From a virus (taxonomy: Duplodnaviria > Caudoviricetes): DNA of 28,735 nucleotides. The notes under the pieces were generated by a model that made no database searches, had not been told where the DNA came from, and was given only the letters and a program-made list of their open reading frames with translations. The stretch covers positions 1 to 28,735 of the IMG/VR virus record IMGVR_UViG_3300037088_000669. One strand, written 5' to 3'. Positions within the stretch are counted from its first letter, which is position 1, and each line of letters starts with the position of its first letter. A program made the translations under genes and the position numbers. This document shows, one piece after another, positions 26,235 through 28,735 of the stretch.

Positions 26235-26293
26235 TTGGCTAACACGTCAGATTTTGATTCTGAAGAGTCGGGGTTCGAACCCCTGTAGGACAA
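26220..26293 (+). tRNA. tRNA-Gln(UUG)
   Basis: TGTCCTA/TAGGACA+A; anticodon arm TCAGA-TTTTGAT-TCTGA; T arm CGGGG-TTCGAAC-CCCTG. Overlaps the last 15 nt of the ATP-grasp ORF. Confidence 0.9.
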
Positions 26294-26307
26294 CAAACTT
26301 TATAATT

Positions 26308-26460
26308 ATGAGCAAATTAAGAAAAGGTAATAAATCAAATGCATTACTGAATGGCGAATGGGGAGCACACATGCGCAAGTGGGGAAAATTCTTCACCGCC
26401 AAAGTACGTAGAAACGTAGACAAAAAAATAATCAGAAACGAAATTAAAAATGAATTGTAA
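26308..26460 (+). CDS. Small basic hypothetical protein (50 aa)
   Basis: ATG at 26308 after TATAATT: MSKLRKGNKSNALLNGEWGAHMRKWGKFF... Confidence 0.65.
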   Translation: MSKLRKGNKSNALLNGEWGAHMRKWGKFFTAKVRRNVDKKIIRNEIKNEL

Positions 26461-26462
26461 TT

Positions 26463-26669
26463 ATGACAGCAGAAGAATTTTTAAAATTAATAAAAGAATT
26501 TCAAGAAAGCAATCCAAATATTGTAGTATCAAAAAGTTTTTTTACGAAATACGACCCTCTGGTATCAGAAAGTAAATCATCGTTTGTCTTTTTTGAAAAA
26601 AATCAAATTGGCATTTTAAAGAAATTTAAAATAATTATCGAAGAAAGCATACCACCAACAAACTCATAA
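26463..26669 (+). CDS. Hypothetical protein
   Basis: 68 aa, tightly packed in the operon. Confidence 0.65.
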   Translation: MTAEEFLKLIKEFQESNPNIVVSKSFFTKYDPLVSESKSSFVFFEKNQIGILKKFKIIIEESIPPTNS

Positions 26670-26673
26670 AATT

Positions 26674-27132
26674 ATGGAAGCAGAAGAAATATTAAAATAC
26701 CTTAAAAAATGTGTCGAAGAATTGGTTGGCGATAATGCAGAAGTACTTATAAGTCCGACCATGTATGACCCAACCAAAATGCAATATGATGTTTCATTTA
26801 TTATAATGGAAAAGGTTGAAGGTGGTACAATACCAAGATTTACTGTAAATGTAAAAGATAGATTAAAAAGAAATTTTACAAACATGGAACGTGTTACTCG
26901 CAACAATTTGTTCAAAGGAATGAATGTACAAGACAGTGAAGGCAAAAAAGGCATTGTTAGAAATTGTGAAGATTTACATAATGTTCATATAACTTTTGAA
27001 GGTGAAGGCATTGAAATAGATTATTACGAAATACCTTTTGAGTGCGGTGGAAGTGGTTTATATTGTTTTGCAGAAAACTGTGAAGATAACTGTGAAAATG
27101 AAGACCCGTTGTATTATTACAAAACAAAATAA
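26674..27132 (+). CDS. Hypothetical protein
   Basis: 152 aa, tightly packed; Cys-containing acidic C-terminus. Confidence 0.7.
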   Translation: MEAEEILKYLKKCVEELVGDNAEVLISPTMYDPTKMQYDVSFIIMEKVEGGTIPRFTVNVKDRLKRNFTNMERVTRNNLFKGMNVQDSEGKKGIVRNCEDLHNVHITFEGEGIEIDYYEIPFECGGSGLYCFAENCEDNCENEDPLYYYKTK

Positions 27133-27135
27133 ATA

Positions 27136-27510
27136 ATGAGCTATAATTTATTCCTTGACGATTTTCGTGAACCAGAAGACGCATTTAATCACACAAATAA
27201 CCAATTATATTTACTTGGCTGGGTTGTTGTTCGTAATTACGATGAATTTGTAAAAACAATCGAAGAAAAGGGCATTCCTGAAATGATTTCATTTGATCAT
27301 GATCTTGCTGACGAGCATTACGAATCACGTCAAGAATATGATGATTATAAAGAAAAGACTGGTTTTCATTGTGCCAAATGGTTTATTAATTATTGTATTG
27401 ACAACAAAAAAGAACTTCCAGCAACGATTCTTATACATTCAATGAATCCTGCTGGAAGTGCTAATATTAAATCTCTGTTCGATACTTATTATAAGTATTT
27501 CAGAACTTAA
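27136..27510 (+). CDS. Cyclic-phosphate-processing receiver (REC)-like domain protein
   Basis: LFLDDFREP...WVVVRNYDEF...ISFDHDL...KTGFHCAKW...IHSMNPAG matches the divergent REC family predicted to act in RNA end healing. Confidence 0.8.
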   Translation: MSYNLFLDDFREPEDAFNHTNNQLYLLGWVVVRNYDEFVKTIEEKGIPEMISFDHDLADEHYESRQEYDDYKEKTGFHCAKWFINYCIDNKKELPATILIHSMNPAGSANIKSLFDTYYKYFRT

Positions 27511-28575
27511 TTATCTTCTACCTGAACTACCACCACCTGAACTCCTGCCACCGCTTGAATTTGAGCTACTTGAGCCAGATGAAAAGTTTGAACTACCTGA
27601 ACTTCTTGAAGAACTTCCAGAATTAAAATTAAATGTTCTACCAAAACCTTGTGGTTCAGAACTTCTGTTTGCTGGCGGAGAATAGCTTCTTGAAGGCACA
27701 CTATAATTTTGAGTACGTGATTGTGTACGCACCTGAGTATTTGGTGTACGATTAAAAACATTTGTTTGAGTACGTGATTGTGTACTTATTTGTGTTCTCC
27801 TGTTTGATACTTCACCAACTCTGCTATTATTATATACAGGTCTGGTGCTCATACGTGGATTGTTGTAAGAAGGTGTATATGTTCTTCTGGTTTGTTGATA
27901 TGTTGATCTGTTTTGTGGAACAACATTATGATTTGTTGGCGGTGCAATTCTACGATTTGATAATGCTGAACCAGTTTCTCTATGACCATATTCAGGTCTC
28001 TGATTAAAATTACCGTGTCCACCGTTCCATTTATGATTATTACTATACCAGTTATGATTATTACCGTACCAATTGTGACCCCAGCCATAATTAAATCTCC
28101 AAGGATTCCAATAATTAAAACCAAAACCGAAATTATTATAATATGGATAGCTCCAATAAGGATAACCAGAAAATCTCATGTCCCAATAAAAATCATATGG
28201 GTCATACATCCAATTTGAATAATACCAAGGACTGCTGTACATCCAGTAATTAAATCCACCATGATAAAATCTACCAATATTATATGAATAATAGAACGGG
28301 TCATCATTATAATAATAATTAACCTGTATGTCTGGATTATCATTTACAAGAGTATCAACAATCTGATCTACATCAATTCTTTTATTCTTTTTAACCTTTT
28401 TAGCATCTTTGCTTGGCTGGTAGTATAAATCATCATACTCTGGCTTTGCAGTAGCGGTAGTTTTATTTAAAGAGTCTTCTTTTGCTTGCCAATACTTTTC
28501 GTAATTGGACTTTTTTTGTGCTGATAGAATCAATCCCATGAACACAAGTGACATAATTAATAATAGTTTTTTCAT
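27511..28575 (-). CDS. Secreted Bacteroidota-like protein with Y/W/N-rich middle and R/S/G-rich disordered tail
   Basis: Signal peptide MKKLLLIMSLVFMGLILSAQ, EYDDLYYQP motif, aromatic low-complexity region, SSGGRSSGGG tail. Confidence 0.75.
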   Translation of the reverse strand: MKKLLLIMSLVFMGLILSAQKKSNYEKYWQAKEDSLNKTTATAKPEYDDLYYQPSKDAKKVKKNKRIDVDQIVDTLVNDNPDIQVNYYYNDDPFYYSYNIGRFYHGGFNYWMYSSPWYYSNWMYDPYDFYWDMRFSGYPYWSYPYYNNFGFGFNYWNPWRFNYGWGHNWYGNNHNWYSNNHKWNGGHGNFNQRPEYGHRETGSALSNRRIAPPTNHNVVPQNRSTYQQTRRTYTPSYNNPRMSTRPVYNNSRVGEVSNRRTQISTQSRTQTNVFNRTPNTQVRTQSRTQNYSVPSRSYSPPANRSSEPQGFGRTFNFNSGSSSRSSGSSNFSSGSSSSNSSGGRSSGGGSSGRR

Positions 28576-28601
28576 ATACATATAAATTATATAATATAAA
28601 T

Positions 28602-28618
28602 AGCAATATCTGTACCAA
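28602..28618 (-). promoter_or_regulatory. Sigma54-like promoter (-24/-12)
   Basis: Minus strand TTGGTACAGATATTGCT matches TGGCACG-N4-TTGC spacing. Confidence 0.5.
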
Positions 28619-28661
28619 AGTTTTTTTAACTTTGCTGTGTATTTATTATAAATTTCAGATT

Positions 28662-28735
28662 ATGAGCAAAAATGCCACCAAAGAAAGACTTTTCGAAGTA
28701 ACAGGCAGACTTGATAAAACCTTCAGACCCAAATT
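28662..28735 (+). CDS. Start of a gene with the shared N-terminal motif (truncated by window edge)
   Basis: MSKNATKERLFEVTGRLDKTFRP; GTATTTATT at 28639-28647. Confidence 0.75.
   Translation, partial: MSKNATKERLFEVTGRLDKTFRPK

Noticed and set aside
26203-26307. N-terminal extension of the 85-aa ORF
   Set aside because: Runs through tRNA-Gln; ATG at 26308 has the better start context.
1-28735. Stop-codon recoding (as in some Bacteroidota phages)
   Set aside because: Long genes are intact in code 11, TAG and TGA serve as plausible stops, and no suppressor anticodon occurs among the eight tRNAs.

Overview
AT-rich segment of a large T4-like (jumbo) tailed phage genome in the standard genetic code. 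The host is probably a Bacteroidota: TTTG-N19-TAnnTTTG promoters, A/T-rich start contexts without Shine-Dalgarno, and a Bacteroidota-like secreted protein. Positions 1-24.3 kb hold a late head-morphogenesis region: scaffold, prohead protease, a 1793-aa virion protein with a C-terminal GH25 muramidase, portal, large terminase, acidic head proteins, a Pol-beta nucleotidyltransferase, a GP88-like protein and a LamG-like virion protein. Most of these genes carry a conserved (G/C)TATTTAT upstream motif. Two such motifs precede structured non-coding stretches that are candidate ncRNAs. The most striking feature is at 24.3-27.5 kb. A host-type promoter drives a 24-codon leader peptide (MKNLVNIV-PQPQQHPQ-ILEWGNYA) with a 1:2/2:3/3:4 attenuator. 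It sits directly upstream of eight tRNA genes that decode only Pro, His and Gln (3x Pro-UGG, 2x His-GUG, 1x Gln-CUG, 2x Gln-UUG). Two of these tRNAs have abnormal long variable arms and six have A37. The array also contains boxA-like elements and an R2K ATP-grasp gene, and a cyclic-phosphate-processing REC gene follows. This looks like a ribosome-sensed, on-demand tRNA replacement/repair operon. All calls were made by eye, without database searches.
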